This document shows, in pieces, positions 23,711-36,775 of a stretch of 64,000 nucleotides of DNA. The DNA is from Squalus acanthias. Its lineage: Eukaryota. The stretch's first letter is position 1. Each line of letters opens with the position of its first letter. A program made the position numbers and the translations under genes. The stretch is taken from assembly GCA_030390025.1 (NCBI GenBank), contig CM059425.1, positions 174,470,001 to 174,534,000 on the forward strand. Direction: 5' to 3'. The notes beneath the pieces were generated by a model. The model saw only the letters and a program-made list of their open reading frames with translations. It had not been told where the DNA came from and did no database searches.

Positions 23711-24758
23711 CAAGGATGTGGGCTAGGATAAGAAGCAAAATGAAAATAGTTCACAAGGGTTCTTACGTTCGTATTTGGCTACTGTACTTAAGCTTTTCTA
23801 TCGAGCAGTTCATGATTGGATGTCCAATTGGAATCATGTTCCTGACATCATGTACTTCAAGCGAGCTTTCCCAAGATTAGAAACTAAAATCAGTCAATTT
23901 ACTGTTTACAAACAGATTTATTTTTTGAAGTAGCAGTAATCCTTTTGTTTTAGAAGCATTTGCAGCACAATTCAGAATGATCTGTTCCAACAATGTATTC
24001 ATTTTCAGACATTACAACATCAAACAGGGCTTCATATGGTGTACTTCTTTACTCACTAACTAATCCTGCACGTGCTGAAGTATGGAAACATCTACTTTAA
24101 GAGAATATGCTCAGCAGGAGGACGTGCATCAGCATGTTAACTAGTACATAAAATGCTGACTAAAAAAGTAGAGATGGATAAAAGCTTTTCTTAATTTCTA
24201 AGATTACAGCAAGTTACTATATAACATAGAAGCAAACTTTTCCTTGTTGGTTTAAACATTAGAAAATATACACGAAATACCTCCAACATATAAACCGGAT
24301 AATGGTTATACTATTAATAAATGCACTCTGAATGTTTGGGGTAAGGATCAACAAACACAGCTCTGTGCGAGTGTGAGTGCATGCACTTGTTTCTGCTTGT
24401 CATTGTCCATATTAGCATTTGGGTGTCTGCATGTCTTTATGATTATTGTATGTCTCTGTGTATTTCTCTCCATGATTATGGATTTTTCTCCAGTAATCCC
24501 ACTCTTTCTGGCCTTTCAAGTACCTATTTTTTATTCTTCTTATGCTAGATGCTTATTTTCAATTCTTACTATGAAGCCACGGGAATTACAAGCTAATTTT
24601 AATAGTTTTCATTGAATTGTTAAACAAGGAGACGTGAAACGCAGTGCAGTCTATTTGATATTCAGGAATCTTCTCTTCCATGAAATAACAATTTTGCAAA
24701 TGGCAATGTCACAAGAAAAATTACTTTAAAACTGGTAACTTTTTAACTCATGTAAAAA

Positions 24759-27700
24759 CTGTTCCAGTACAGCTACATCACTGGCATCTACCTGACAAAG
24801 TGGAAAATTGCCCAGGTATGTCCTATCCACTAAAAGCAGGACAAATCCAATCCGGCCAATTACCGCCATATCAATCCCTACTCTCAATCATCAGCAAAGT
24901 GATGGAAGGTGTTGTCAACAGGGCTAGCAAGCGGCACTTACCCACCAATAACCTGCTCACCAATACTCAGTTTGGGTTCCAAAAGGACAACTCGGCTCCA
25001 CATCTCATTACAGCCTTGGTCCAAACATGGACAAAAGAGCTGAATTCCAGAGGTGAGAGTGACTGCCCTTGACATCAAGGCAGCATTTGACCAAGTGTGG
25101 CATCAAGGAGCCCTAGTAAAACTGAAGTCAATGGGAATCAGGGGGAAATTCTCCACTAGCTGGAGTCATACCAAGCACAAAGGAAGATGGTTGTGGTTGT
25201 TTGAGGCCAATCATCTCAGCACCAGGACATCGCTGCAGGAGTTGCTCAGGGCAATGTCCTAGGCCCAACCATCTTCAGCTGCTTCATCATTAACCTTCCC
25301 TCCATCATAAGGTCAAGAGTGGTGATGTTCGCTGATGATTGAAGTGTTCTGTTCCATTCGCAACTCCTCAGATAATGAAGCAGTCCGTGCCCACATGCAG
25401 CAATACCTGGACAACATTCAGGCTTGGGCTGATAAGTGGCAAGTAACATTCACGCCACACAAGTACCAGGCAATGACTAGCTCCAACGAGAGAAGGTCTA
25501 ACCACCACCCCTTGACATTCAACGGGATTACCATCGTCAAATCCCCCACCAACAACATCCTAGGTGTCACCATTGACCAGAAACTTAACTGGACCAGCCA
25601 CATAAATATTGTGGCTGCAAGAGCAGGTCAGAGGCTGGGGCCGCAAATTTAATTCTGGAGGCGGGATGTGAGCGGGTCAGCAGGTTTCCGGGTTCTGGTC
25701 CCACCCCCAGCTGCCTCCGCTCTGCAGACGTGATTTTTCCTTGATTGGCCTTGTTAAGCCCGCCCTACCGGCCAATTAACAGGAAGCGGGTCTGATGACG
25801 TCATTTGATGAAGCGTCATCTGCTGGTTTCCTTAAAGGGACCATGCACAATTTTATTTTGACAGTTGATCTGTCAGTGTTTGACAGCATTGAGGTGCTGA
25901 AAACACTGACAATCACTGCACAAAGGTGAACACTTGCACCCAGGCTTTCCAATGACTCCCTCCATATACTTATGGAGGGAGTCACAGCACGCAGGGAGGT
26001 TCTCTTCCCTTCCAAGGGTGGAAAAGACCTCCCCAAGACACCAACTTACCTTGCACCTCCATCCAACCCTCTCTATCTAATTTATCACTTCCCCATCTCA
26101 CTAGCCACCCCTCACACTCACCCTCATCCTACTGCAAGCATACCAACTAACAACACACAAGGGTAGGCACTTGAGAGGTTTAGCCAATGTCCATGTGAAG
26201 TTTCTGGTAATGTGTTGTCATACAGTGCAATCTCTTTTTCAAAAAGTGCTCCTTATTGGACAGATCTGAGCGCACATTGAGAAGTGTCTTACTGAGTTCC
26301 AGTGATTGTTCAGTCATAACTCCCCGCGCCCCCTCTTCCCCCCGCTATAGTGATGTGTGTGCATGGAATGGCTTGGACATTAAAGGGATGCTTCACAGTG
26401 CTGGTGTGGGATGGTGTCAACCTGGTGCATCATGTGACAACCAGGGTTTACAGCATCAAGTGAAGAAAATCTGGCCATGGTGATGCCATCACTGGCCTCC
26501 CGGCCAACAATTTTGTCAGGGGCTGATGCCCTGTGTCCAGTGCAGCATCAGGTGATGGCAGAGAAGATTGGTGATGAGGTTGGTGATGTTGGTGTTGGGG
26601 CTGATCGTGGAAGGATTCGGAGGACCAAGGTCTGATTGTTTCATTGGCTCCAATGTTGCTGGAATAGATGGCAGCTGCCGGTGAGATGACAGAAGCGATC
26701 TGTCACTGGTGAGAGAGGTTCTGCCAATGAGGTGGCACTGGACATACAGTTGGATCTAAAAACTTGTAAGCTAAAGAAAAATGCAGTAGCCAACATTTTC
26801 TTTGCTCTGAAACTTACCATCTGCAACATGGCATCCTTGACACCACTTCTGCAGCTGTCATCTTAACACAAACATCAGAGCAAACTCACAACATGCCAGG
26901 TTGAGCTTGGCATGTTCCCCAAACAACAGGTAACCAGAGGGGGAGAAGCTAAAATTACAGGTAAGCCTCAAAATCCTCTTAAATTGGCTCTTAACAAGCC
27001 ATTTAAGTACCAGATTTGTCTCCCCCGCCACTTGGTGTCGGATCAGTTCTGCGCTGACAGACCCGACACCTGGGAGACTAGCGTGGAGGCGGGTTGACAG
27101 CGGGTTTCCTACCCGCCGTCAATCTTTGCGATTTTGACAGCGATTCCGCCTCCAAATCTGTCCCCTCAGCGCGATTAAATTCGCGGCCTAGGTATTCTGC
27201 GGCGAGTAACTCACCTCTTTACTCCCCAAAGCCTTTCCACCATCTACAAGGCACAAGTCAGGAGTGTGATGGAATACTCTCCACTTGCCTGGATGAGTGC
27301 AGCTCCAACAACACTCAAGAAGCTCGACACCATCCAGGACAAAGCAGCCCGCTTAATTGGCATCCCATCCACCACCTTAAACATTCACTCCCTCCACCAC
27401 CGGTGTACCGTGGCTGCAGTGTGTACCATCTAAAAGATGCACTGCAGCAACTCACCAAGGCTTCTTCGACAGCATCTCCCAAACGTGCGACCTCTACCAC
27501 CTAGAAGGACAAGGGCAGCAGGCACATGGGAACACCACAAGCTCCAAGTTCAGCTCCAGGTCACACACCATTGTGACTTAGAAATATATCGCCGTTCCTT
27601 CATCACCGCTAGGTCAAAATCCTGGAAGTCCCTCCCTAACAGCACTGCGGGAGTACCTTCACCACATGGACTGCAGTAGTTCAAGAAGGCAGCTCACCAC

Positions 27701-27787
27701 CACCTTCTCAAGGGCAACTGGGGATAGGCATTAAATGCTGGCCTTGCCAGCGACATCCATATCCCAAGAATGAATTTAAAAAAAAAA
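24759..27787 (+). mobile_element. CR1-clade LINE family A copy split into 24759-25638 and 27189-27787
   Basis: RT motif ALDIKAAFDQVWH. The sequence RAGQRLG|ILRRV resumes exactly after the nested insertion. Family A tail plus A-run. Confidence 0.9.
25639..27188 (+). mobile_element. Non-autonomous Harbinger-type element nested in a LINE
   Basis: TIR GGCCGCAAATTTAAT versus GGCCGCGAATTTAAT, flanks TGG/TAG. Myb-start remnant EGVTARREVLFPS. Confidence 0.8.
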
Positions 27788-28426
27788 TTTCCATCCAGGA
27801 GGAAGAAGCAATAAGGGAAAAATGTTAAAATTAAATAAAGTTACACAGATAAATTGTACAAATTGAATTAAGTGAGTTTGATCATAATGGGTGTTCCATA
27901 TGTTCACCTTACTGTGAAACAAAACAATTTAACAATTCATATCTGGCCTTATCCCATTCAAGTATTTGCTTAGTCCACCGTTGGAAATATTGAAGTAGTA
28001 CATACTATTGTCACAGCCTAATGTAAAAGTAGAGATAGGGAATATTCTCGCAACTCCCACAAAAGATGCACAGAATGCTTATGGGAGAAACTAATGCCAC
28101 TGATCCTGAGAAGGCATCTATGGTAGGGCCAAATCTGTAACACTCACACTGAAATAATTTGAATGGCTCAGGTCTATAAACCAAAATTGTCATAAAATTT
28201 TGCCAGAAGGCTGAGGTATCATTTTTCACAGTTCAACGAATCCCCACAGATCAGTTCATTTGAGTGCGTGTGAAAGTCAAAATGATCTGCATTGTTTTGA
28301 TCATGTGGTGCAAGGAGCCTCAAAAAAATATACAAAAGCAGCAGTCCCCGAGCTGTCCATCTAGTTTTATTGGCCCTGTAAAGCAGCAAATGTATGTTCA
28401 GAGAATTCATTGAAGCCATTACTCAC

Positions 28427-28478
28427 TGTTTATGAGGTCCTTGTGTTCAGCAAGGGTTTTTGTGGGATCCAGCCAGTA
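28427..28478 (-). CDS. EPB41L4A: EPB41L4A coding exon (probably exon 3)
   Basis: ttttaaacag|TACTGGCTGGATCCC...ATAAACA|gtgagt. 52 nt encoding YWLDPTKTLAEHKDLIN plus 1 nt, in phase with both neighbouring exons. Confidence 0.95.
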
Positions 28479-29284
28479 CTGTTTAAAATAAATGGTTGAT
28501 ATTAGAACAAATTATTTGTGTTTCTTTCAGATAGATTCATACAGCAATATAATAATAGATTTGGTCATCCCATACTATACTTATAGGGCAAGTGGACAAT
28601 AATTCTTTTTAACTTCTTTAACAGCAGATGGAGTCCTTCTCTCAGACAACACCAAGGCCCAGAAAATGAGGCGGGGTGAGGCACAGGCAGCGCAGGATAC
28701 GATCCCTGTTCCTGAATGGTGAGGCCCAAGGCGCCCCCGACGTTGGGCCTCGAGCCTCATTTCAATGGAGCGGGCGAGCTGCCGGTGAACCAGCTTTGTT
28801 GTCATGTTTTAACAGGCAGTCATCATGAAACACGAGGTAATGAAATTCATATACTAGAGGTTGTGAACGCATTTTCTGCATTACAACTTGTAGAAGCACC
28901 AGAGCCAGAACAAAATGATTATGACACATAAGGCATAATTAGAGAAAGGCAGGTTTCAATGTGTGCCGTTTTGTATTCTTTGAATTATTACTGCAGTTTA
29001 AAATGTTAGTTAATTGTCTGAACTTCAGTTCAGCGATTTTCTGCCACTTTCTTCCACAACTGGAAGCATGGCAGAGTCCGACATGTAAACCTTACAATAG
29101 CCAATGCTAACATCACTGAAATGAGTTGGGAATGTCAGTTTTACTCTCCTCACACTGAACTCATTGCTTCCCTGCTGCACCAAGAGATAATGTAACTCAT
29201 CCAACTAAGGCAAGTATATGTAAATGACAATTTCAATCAATGACAATCACATGAGGTGATGCAATTTAATGGCAGCACATTATA

Positions 29285-30188
29285 CACTTCTGCTCTCACC
29301 TCTTCCCCTCCCTCCCAGAACCACAATAGGGTTCCCCTGGTCCTCACCTTTCACCCCACCAGCCTCCACATTCAACGGATCATCCTCCGCCATTTCCGCC
29401 ACCTCCAACGTGATCCCATCACCAAACGCATCTTCCCCTCACCTCCCGTTTCAGCATTCCGAAGGGACCACTCCCTCCGCGACACCCTGGTCCACTCCTC
29501 AATCACCCCCAACAGCCCTTCCCCTGGCACCTTCCCATGCAAGTGCAGGAGATGTAACACCTGCCCTTTTACCTCCTCCCTTCCCACCTTCCAGGTGAAA
29601 CAGCGATTTACTTGTACTTCTTGCAATTTAGTATACTGTATTCGCTGCTCACGATACGGTCTCCTCTACATTGGGAGACCAAACGCAGATTGGGCGACCG
29701 CTTTGCGGAACACCTCCGTTCAGTCCGTAAGGGTGACCCCGAGCTTCCGGTCGCCTGTCACTTTAATTCTCCGCTTCACTCCCACTCTGATCTCTGTCCT
29801 CGGCCTCTTACATTGTTCCAATGAAGCTCAACGTGAGCTCGAAGAACAGCACCTCATCTTTCGATTAGGCACTTTACAGCCTTCTGGACTCAACACTGAG
29901 TTCAATAATTTCAGACTATAACCCCTGCCCCCATTTTTCAGGCTGTATGATTTTGCCATCCCCATTTGCAACATTTTATCTTTCCTGCCTCCTACCTTAG
30001 CACAGAATGTTCCTTCAGTTCCTTCCCCCCTCCCCTCCCCTCTCCCTGCCTCTGCACCTGCTTAAAATCTGTTAAATCTCTAGCCTTTTCCAGTTCTGAT
30101 GAAGGGTCCCAGACCTGAAACGTTAACTCTGTTTCTCTCTCCACGGATGCTGCCTGGCCTGAGTGTTTCCAGCATTTTCTGTTGTTAT
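29285..30188 (+). mobile_element. Penelope-like element 3' portion, GIY-YIG endonuclease plus tail
   Basis: CKCRRCNTC, FTCTSCNLVYCIRC...LYIG, ETKRRLGDRFAEH, VACHFN and LGTLQPSGLN, with frameshifts. Confidence 0.9.
30092..30128 (+). ncRNA. Minimal hammerhead ribozyme motif in Penelope tail
   Basis: AGTT-CTGATGA-A-GGGTC(CCA)GACCT-GAAA-CG-TT-AACT. Confidence 0.7.
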
Positions 30189-30490
30189 AGCAGATTATAT
30201 TGCTTGTGCTACTGAGCCACTCTTGTTCTAATAGTATATTTTAAATTATTCATCTGTCATATTTCCAAACTTAACACAAACATAAAATGGAAAATTCTAT
30301 AAAAATTAGGTAGTTGCTGAACTATTTCATTTTGTTGAAAGTTGCGTGTATATTTGGTACCCAACTTTAAAGAATTGAAGATTTTGAATGCTATTCTGTC
30401 TATTTCAAACCCATCACATTTTTTAATATAAATTAAAGCCGCCCTACTCCCCAAACCCTCAATCCCATCTCACCTTTTTCTATCACTCAC

Positions 30491-30595
30491 CGTTTGATGA
30501 CTCCTGTCACAATAACGCAAACCAAAGTATTCTGTCTCCATCAGGTTTACATGTCTGAATACGTAGTCCAGGACAACAGACCCCTTGGTAGACTT
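30491..30595 (-). CDS. EPB41L4A: EPB41L4A coding exon (probably exon 2), FERM N-lobe
   Basis: Minus strand reads ttctttcccacag|AAGTCTACC...CAAACG|gtgagt. 105 nt encoding [35 protein letters not shown], matching the recalled EPB41L4A sequence [35 protein letters not shown]. Confidence 0.95.
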
Positions 30596-32083
30596 CTGTG
30601 GGAAAGAATTAAAGGAACCTTTTCAGAAAAAGCACCACCTACTTTGGAGGGTAGAAAGGTAAGTATACAAACCAGACCTTGCAGTTTTATTATATTTTGA
30701 ATTTGAAGGTGTGAGCAAATAGTGATCCTATGCATAACTAAAACATGACACCAGATATGGCATAAATGTAACAAAAATCATGACACAGGAACTGTGAAAA
30801 ATAGGCAGTGCGAGCAGAGGCATGACTTTTAATCTGACTAAAGATTAGACTAAAAATCTTACATCTGCATGCACATCTATTTTCAATAAAAAATTTCTGT
30901 GTCTACATTTATAATGAAAACTGCCTATGTAAACCTGTTAAGCTGCAATTACATCCTCCTGCCAGCTGTGGCAATGTAGCACCTCAGTTTTGTGTCTCCC
31001 AGCTCCTCAGTCTGTACTGCCAAAAAACTCTAACCAACTCTATTTCTGTACTTCCCAAATTGCCGTAAGTTTTACTATTTAACTGTAAATAATTTCAAAA
31101 CAATGTATCTGTATTAGATACTAAATTTTGTATATAAGATACATGTTGCATTGAAAACATCGTAAATACCTGTTACTCCTGCAGGTGGTGCTGTGATAGC
31201 TATCTTCAGTGTTAAAGGTGACACACACACTAGCTGCTATTTTATAGTGAGTACATCACCCTGACCGATCACTGGGTTCCCACAAATTGCTCTAAATGCT
31301 TTCTGAAATGATTTTTCACCTGCCAGTTTTTCCTCAGTAACTGAAACTTGTAACATCCAGAATAAGTGTTCAAACAAAATTAAAAATCACATGCTTCATA
31401 ATAGTATGATCACATTTATCCACTGAATTTTCTTTTGTATTTTTTTAACGCTTTCATCATGCTCCAAGGCCCAAAAGCCTGCATTTGGATTTGATATTTT
31501 TACCCAGAGCTATGACTTTGAGCTGAATTTAGATTGTGACATCTTAGCATGTGCAGTGTACCTACTTTCTCAGGATGTCTCAATACTCTTCAGTCAGCTT
31601 TATTGATGGAATATTCCAGCAGTTTCTGCTCAAACGTTTTTCAAAATTATTTAGCGAGAGGAAAATTTCAAATTCTTTAATCAGGTAAAATTTATATAGT
31701 GTTTTGTTTTTAAAAAACAGTGAGACTGCATTTTTTAAACAGAGAGGGTATGTGTGCGTGTGAGGAAAAAGATTACTGACTACACACATTATAGCTTTTG
31801 TTTTGGGTGCTATACTAAGTTGAGAAAGAGACAGATTATTTTTCTCAGTGTAATTGAGTTTTTTTATTCAGTTTAATTTTGAAACAAACAGTCTCTAATT
31901 ATCTCACCTGATTATCATCTCTTATGCTGACAGTTAGAAAATGAAAACATTCCAATTACTAACAGCTATCAGGCACAGCAAGGCGAGGGTGTGTTTTTCT
32001 GCATTTGATTTTCACGAACAAAATCTAGTTGAATCTTGAAAGCTTGAATTACCACTTGTGTTTTGTTGAAAGTTAGTATATAG

Positions 32084-32895
32084 AATGCGAGGTTATCCAC
32101 TTTGGTGTCAAAAACAGGAAGGCAGATTATTATCTGAATGGCAATAGATTGGGAGAAGGGGAAGTGCAACGAGACCTGGGTGTCCTTGTGCACCAGTCGC
32201 TGAAGGTAAGCATGCAGGTGCAGCAGGCGGTTAAGAAGGCAAATGGTATGTAGGCCTTCATAGCAAAAGGGTTTGAGTACAGGAACAAGGATGTCTTGCT
32301 GCAGTTGTACAGGGCCTTGGTGAGACCACATCTTGAGTATTGTGTGCAGTTTTGGTCGCCTTATCTGAGGAAGGAGGTTCTTGCCATGGAAGGAGTTCAG
32401 CGAAGATTCACCAGGCTGATACCTGAGATGGCAGGAATGACGTATGAGGAGAGATTGTGTCGACTGGGCTTATACTCGCTGGAGTTTAGAAGAATGAGAG
32501 GGGATCTCATTGAAACTTATAAAATTCTGAAAGGACTGGACAGACTAAATGCAGGAAGGATGTTCCCGATGGTCGGGGAGTCCAGAACCAGGGGTCACAG
32601 TCTAAGGATAAGGGGTAAACCATTTAGGACAGAAATTAGGAGGAATTTCTTCACCCAGAGAGTGGTGAACCTGTGGAATTCTCTACCACAGAAGGCAGTA
32701 GAGGCCAATTCATTAAATATATTCAAGAAGGAGTTGGATATATTTCTTAAGGCTAAAGGGATCAAGGGATATGGGGAGAAAGCAAGGACAGGGTTCTGAA
32801 TTTGGATGATCAGCCATGATCGCATTGAATGGCGGAGCAGGCTAGAGGGGCCGAATGGCCTACTCCTGCTCCTATCTTCTATGTTTCTATGTTTC
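32084..32895 (+). mobile_element. CR1 family B, 5'-truncated
   Basis: ORF 32296-32799 LYRALVRPHLEYCVQFWSP... and a (TTCTATGT)-type tail. Confidence 0.92.
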
Positions 32896-33345
32896 TATTT
32901 GCTTATGGCTGTGAGAGAGAGAGAGGAGAGACAGACAGATATATCCAGGAACCTAACAGCAAATTCAAAGTTTACATAGATCCCTTAGAAAATCACAAAC
33001 CAAGGCTGGTAGAGGTGAAATCCCTCCCAACCCCCTGCAGCCAATGCTGTCAGGTCCATGTCCACTGAGCCAAACATCACATTAAATGCCCAGTTGCAGT
33101 AAACCTCAGCTCCACCTTCTATAGTTTGACCAAACCCTAAGTTTCCCCTCCACGGTGATGCCAGATCAAGAGACACTCTCATGCTGCCAAACTCCAGCAG
33201 CCCCACTGCAGTACTGTCAAATTTCAAGACCCCAACCACAGCCTGCCATACTCCAGGAACATTCTTCAGTGCTACTAAAGCCCAGGATCGATACCCAATG
33301 TAGTTAAATCCCATTCCACCACCTCAGAATTACTACATACTAGCG

Positions 33346-33497
33346 CTGGAAATTTCCTTGGGGGTTGTCCTGATTGGCTACTATAACTTGGACAGTAGAT
33401 TGTCAAAAATGCCAGATAAACCACGTAAACAAAGTTTCTGCCAATCTTCTGTGAAAGTTAAGGCAACCGACTGGGAGAACCCCCAAGAAAATTCCAG
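33346..33497. repeat. Imperfect ~150-bp palindrome (small MITE-like)
   Basis: CTGGAAATTTCCTTGGGGGTTGTCC pairs with GGAGAACCCCCAAGAAAATTCCAG. Confidence 0.6.
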
Positions 33498-33821
33498 ACA
33501 TAAATATCTACCTTCAATTGGGTGTATCTTGCATACCATCTAGTTGGTTATCCTCAGCTATAAATTTTGTAAGGAATAAAAATTAAATACAAATAAACGG
33601 AATTTATATAAAATATAAAGTCCACTCAATTAGAGTTTTCACAGAATAAATTATAAAATGCAAACCTTATTATCAGAGTAAAAATTGCAGAATACATGAA
33701 AATTTTTTTTTGCCTTATTCAGTCTCTGTATATCAGTGCCTCTACACGGGATATACACTCCTGCTGTTGTAAAACGGCGAATCCTCTGACTCACTGGGGG
33801 TAATTATAACTATTGACTATG

Positions 33822-33933
33822 AAAGAAAGAAAGACTTGCATTTATATAGCGCCTTTCACAACCACCAGATGTCCCAAAGCGCTTTACAGCCAATTAAGTA
33901 CTTTTTTGAAGTGTAGTCACTGTTGTAATGTAG
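33822..33933 (-). mobile_element. DeuSINE 3' end
   Basis: AAAGAAAGAAAGACTTGCATTTATATAGCGCCTTTCAC...GAAGTGTAGTCACTGTTGTAATGTAGG. Confidence 0.75.
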
Positions 33934-33934
33934 G

Positions 33935-36350
33935 CATAGAAGATAGGAGCAGGAGCAGGCCATTCGACCCCTCGAGCCTGCTCCGCCATTTAATGAGATC
34001 ATGGCTGATCATCCAAATTCAGTACCCTGTCCCTGCTTTCTCCCCATATCCCTTGATCCCTTTAGCCTTAAGAAATATATCTATCTCCTTCTTGAATATA
34101 TTTAATGAATTGGCCTCAACTGCCTTCTGTGGCAGAGAATTCCACAGGTTCACCACTCTCTGGGTGAAGAAATTTCTCCTCATCTTAGTCCTAAATGGCT
34201 TACCCCTTATCCTTAGACTGTGACCTCTGGTTCTGGACTCCCCCGCCATCGGGAACATCCTTCCTGCATCTTGTCTGTCTAGTCCTGTTAGAATTTTATA
34301 AGTTTCAATGAGATCCCCTCTCATTCTTCGAAACTCGAGTGAATATAAGCCTAATCGACCCAATCTCTCTTCATACGTCATTCCTGCCATCCCAGGTATC
34401 AGTCTGGTGCATCTTCGCTGCACTCCCTCCATGGCAAGAACATCCTTCCTCAGATAAGGCGACCAAAACTGCACACAATACTCAAGGTGTGGTCTCACCA
34501 AGGCCTTGTACAACTGCAGCAAGACATCCTTGCTCCTGTACTCGAATCCTCTCGCTATGAAGGCCAACATACCATTTGCCTTCTTAACCACCTGCTGCAC
34601 CTGCATGCTTACCTTCAGCGACTGGTGCACAAGGACTCCCAGATCTCGTTGCACTTCCACTTTTCCCAATCTATTGCCGTTCAGATAATAATCTGCCTTC
34701 CTGTTTTTGCCACCAAAGTGGATAACCTCGCATTTATCCACATTATGCTGCATCTGCCATGCATCTGCCCAATCACCCAACCTGTCCAAATCATACTGGA
34801 GTTTCTCTGCATCCTCCTCACAGCACACACGCCCACCCAGCTTTGTGTCGTCTGCAAACTTGGAGATATTACATCTAGTTCCCTCGTCTAGATCATTAAT
34901 ATATATTGTGAATAGCTGGGGTCCTAGCACCGATCCCTGCGGTACCCCACTAGTCACTGCCTGCCACTCGGAAAAAGACCAGTTTATTCCAACTCTTTGC
35001 TTCCTGTCTGCCAACCAGTTCTCTATCCAAATCAGTACCTCACCCCCCAATCCCATGTGCTTTAACTTGGCACGCTAATCTCTTATGCGGGACCTTATCG
35101 AAAGCCTTCTGAAAGTCCAAATACACCACATCCACTGTTTCTCCCTTATCTATTCTACCAGTTACATCCTCAAAAAATTCCAGTAGATTAGTCAGGCATG
35201 ATTTCCCTTTTGTAAATCCATGTTGACTTTGTCCGATCCTGTCACTGTTTTCCAAGTGCTCTGCTATTACATCTTTTACAATGGACTCTAGCATTTTACC
35301 CACTACCGATGTCAGGCTTACCGGTCTATAATTCCCCGTTTTTTCTCTACCACCTTTTTTAAATAGTGAGGTTACATTAGCTACCCTCCAATCCATGGGA
35401 ACTGTTCCAGAGTCTATAGAATTTTGAAAGATGACCAGCAATGCATCTACTATTTCTAGGGCCACTTCCTGAAGTACCCTAGGATGTAGATTATCAGGCC
35501 TTGGGGATTTATCAGCCTTCAATCCCGTCAATTTCCCTAACACCATTTCCCCTACAAAGACTGATTTCATTCAATTCCTCCCTCTCATTAGACCCTATGT
35601 TCCCCAACATCTCTGGGAGTTTATTTGTGTCCTCCTTTGTGAAGACAGAACCAAAGTATGTGTTTAATTCGTCAGCCATTTCTTTGTTCCCCATTATAAA
35701 TTCCCCTGATTCTGACTGCAAGGGACCTATGCTTGACTTCACCAATCTTTTTCTCTTCACATATCTATAGAAGCTTTTACAGTCAGTTTTTATGTTCCCT
35801 GCAAGCTTACTCTCATATTCTATTTTCCCCCTCTTAATTAATCCCTTTGTCCTCCTTTGCTGAATCCTAAACTGCTCCCAATCCTCAGGTTTGCTGCTTT
35901 TTCTGGCCAATTTCCTTGGATCTTATGCTATCCCTAATTTCCCTTGTTAGCCATGGTTGAGTCACCTTTTTTGTTTTATTTTTATGCCAAACAGGGATGA
36001 ACAAATTCTGTAGTTTATCCATGCGATCTTTAAATGTTTGCCATTGCCTATCCACCGTCAACCCTTTAAGTAACGCTCCCCAATCCATCCTAGCCAACAC
36101 GCACCTCATACCATCGTAGTTTCCTTTATTTAAATTCAGGACCCTAGTCTCTGAGTCAACTACTTCACTCTCCATCTTAATGAAGAATTCTATCATATTA
36201 TGATCACTCCTCCCCAAGGGGCCTCGCACAACAAGATTGCTAATTAATCCTTTCTCATTACATAATACCCAGTCTAAGATGGCCTGATCTCTAGTTGGTT
36301 CCTCGACATATTGGTCCAGGAAACCATCCCGTATACACTCTAGGAATTTA
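33935..36350 (-). mobile_element. CR1 family B, 5'-truncated within EN
   Basis: ORFs 35885-36403, 35512-35910, 35040-35570 and 34019-35056 form one frameshifted ORF2 (SDHNMIEF, YLDFQKAFDKV, FADD). Confidence 0.95.
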
Positions 36351-36358
36351 TAATGATG

Positions 36359-36490
36359 CTGTAAATGGGTGATACAGGATCGGCCGCCCATTATATACGC
36401 CAACCAATTTTACTTTGCATTGACATAATTGGAAAAGAAAATCAGGCAGGGTGTATAATAGGTGGTCGATCCAATTTTTCCCATTTACAG
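36359..36490. repeat. Imperfect palindrome (MITE-like)
   Basis: CTGTAAATGGG...GATCGGCCGCCCATTATATAC pairs with GTGTATAATAGGTGGTCGATC...CCCATTTACAG. Confidence 0.55.
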
Positions 36491-36629
36491 GATTGCCAAA
36501 AGCTAAGTTACCCCCACTGTAAGTAATGCTACAGGAGATCTACTAGTTATATAAAAATAAGCACAGAATTTAAAATGGGAACTGAATTATGCACACAGCC
36601 AAAATTGCACACAGAAAGGTCCCATAAAC

Positions 36630-36775
36630 ACCAACCAGATAAATCACCAGATAATCTTTTTTGGCGTTAGAGGTTGAGCAATAAATTTTAGCCAGGACAC
36701 CAGGAGAACTCCCTGCTCTTCGATTAGTACGATGGGATCTTTTACGTTCAATGAGCAGACAGACAGGGCCTCAGT
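36630..36775 (-). mobile_element. DeuSINE central (Deu domain) fragment
   Basis: GCCAGGACACCAGGAGAACTCCCTGCTCTTCGA...GGGATCTTTTACGT. Confidence 0.65.
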
